A stretch of DNA of 64,000 bases, from positions 420,028-484,027 of the forward strand of contig CAWFGE010000020.1 of the NCBI GenBank assembly GCA_963815195.1, written 5' to 3'. This DNA comes from an uncultured Planctomycetaceae bacterium. GTDB taxonomy: Bacteria; Planctomycetota; Planctomycetia; Planctomycetales; Planctomycetaceae. Every line of letters starts with the position of its first letter. The stretch's first letter is position 1. Under the pieces are notes generated by a model. The model made no database searches. It had not been told where the DNA came from and saw only the letters and a list, made by a program, of their open reading frames with translations. Below are positions 63,902 through 64,000 of the stretch, piece by piece. A program made the position numbers and the translations under genes.

Positions 63902-64000
63902 CGCCCGCCGATTTCATCATCGCTTCGGTGTCTTAAGCCGCACCATGCAATCGTAAGCGGGAACAAACCGCGAAACAACCCGGAGCTTCGCGAGACGTGT

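Overview
GC-rich bacterial chromosomal window, most likely from a planctomycete (Planctomycetaceae-like). This is inferred from gene content: DUF1501, DUF1573, a PQQ-like propeller, a Ser/Thr kinase-FGE fusion, an LRR lipoprotein and a reduced dcw cluster. About 50 CDSs are present. Housekeeping genes: metG, rnd, efp, hemL, purB, rsmH, ftsI, priA. Other loci: an rsmH-LysM-ftsL-ftsI cell-wall cluster, an ECF sigma/vWA anti-sigma pair, an aquaporin-arsC unit, an apbE-doxX-Gfo/Idh/MocA operon, an extended type III PKS cluster with MMPL and HlyD/ABC exporters, and sulfide-detoxification genes (sqr; arsR-rhodanese). About 12 genes, several essential, carry short indels that are most simply read as long-read sequencing errors. 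No rRNA, tRNA or CRISPR array was seen. Intergenic space holds many families of palindromic REP-like repeats. Best leads: (1) one 20-bp operator shared by the sqr promoter and the arsR/rhodanese locus 31 kb away, suggesting a dispersed sulfide regulon; (2) an FtsN-like bitopic LysM protein coupled into the dcw remnant, with a REP element inside its coding sequence; (3) a three-layer nested element, REP > 19-bp-TIR MITE > internally deleted IS200-type transposase; (4) the type III PKS cluster with extra methyltransferases and export genes; (5) a toxin-antitoxin pair collapsed into one RHH-PIN chimera ahead of the arsenic genes. Family assignments come from motif recognition, not database searches.
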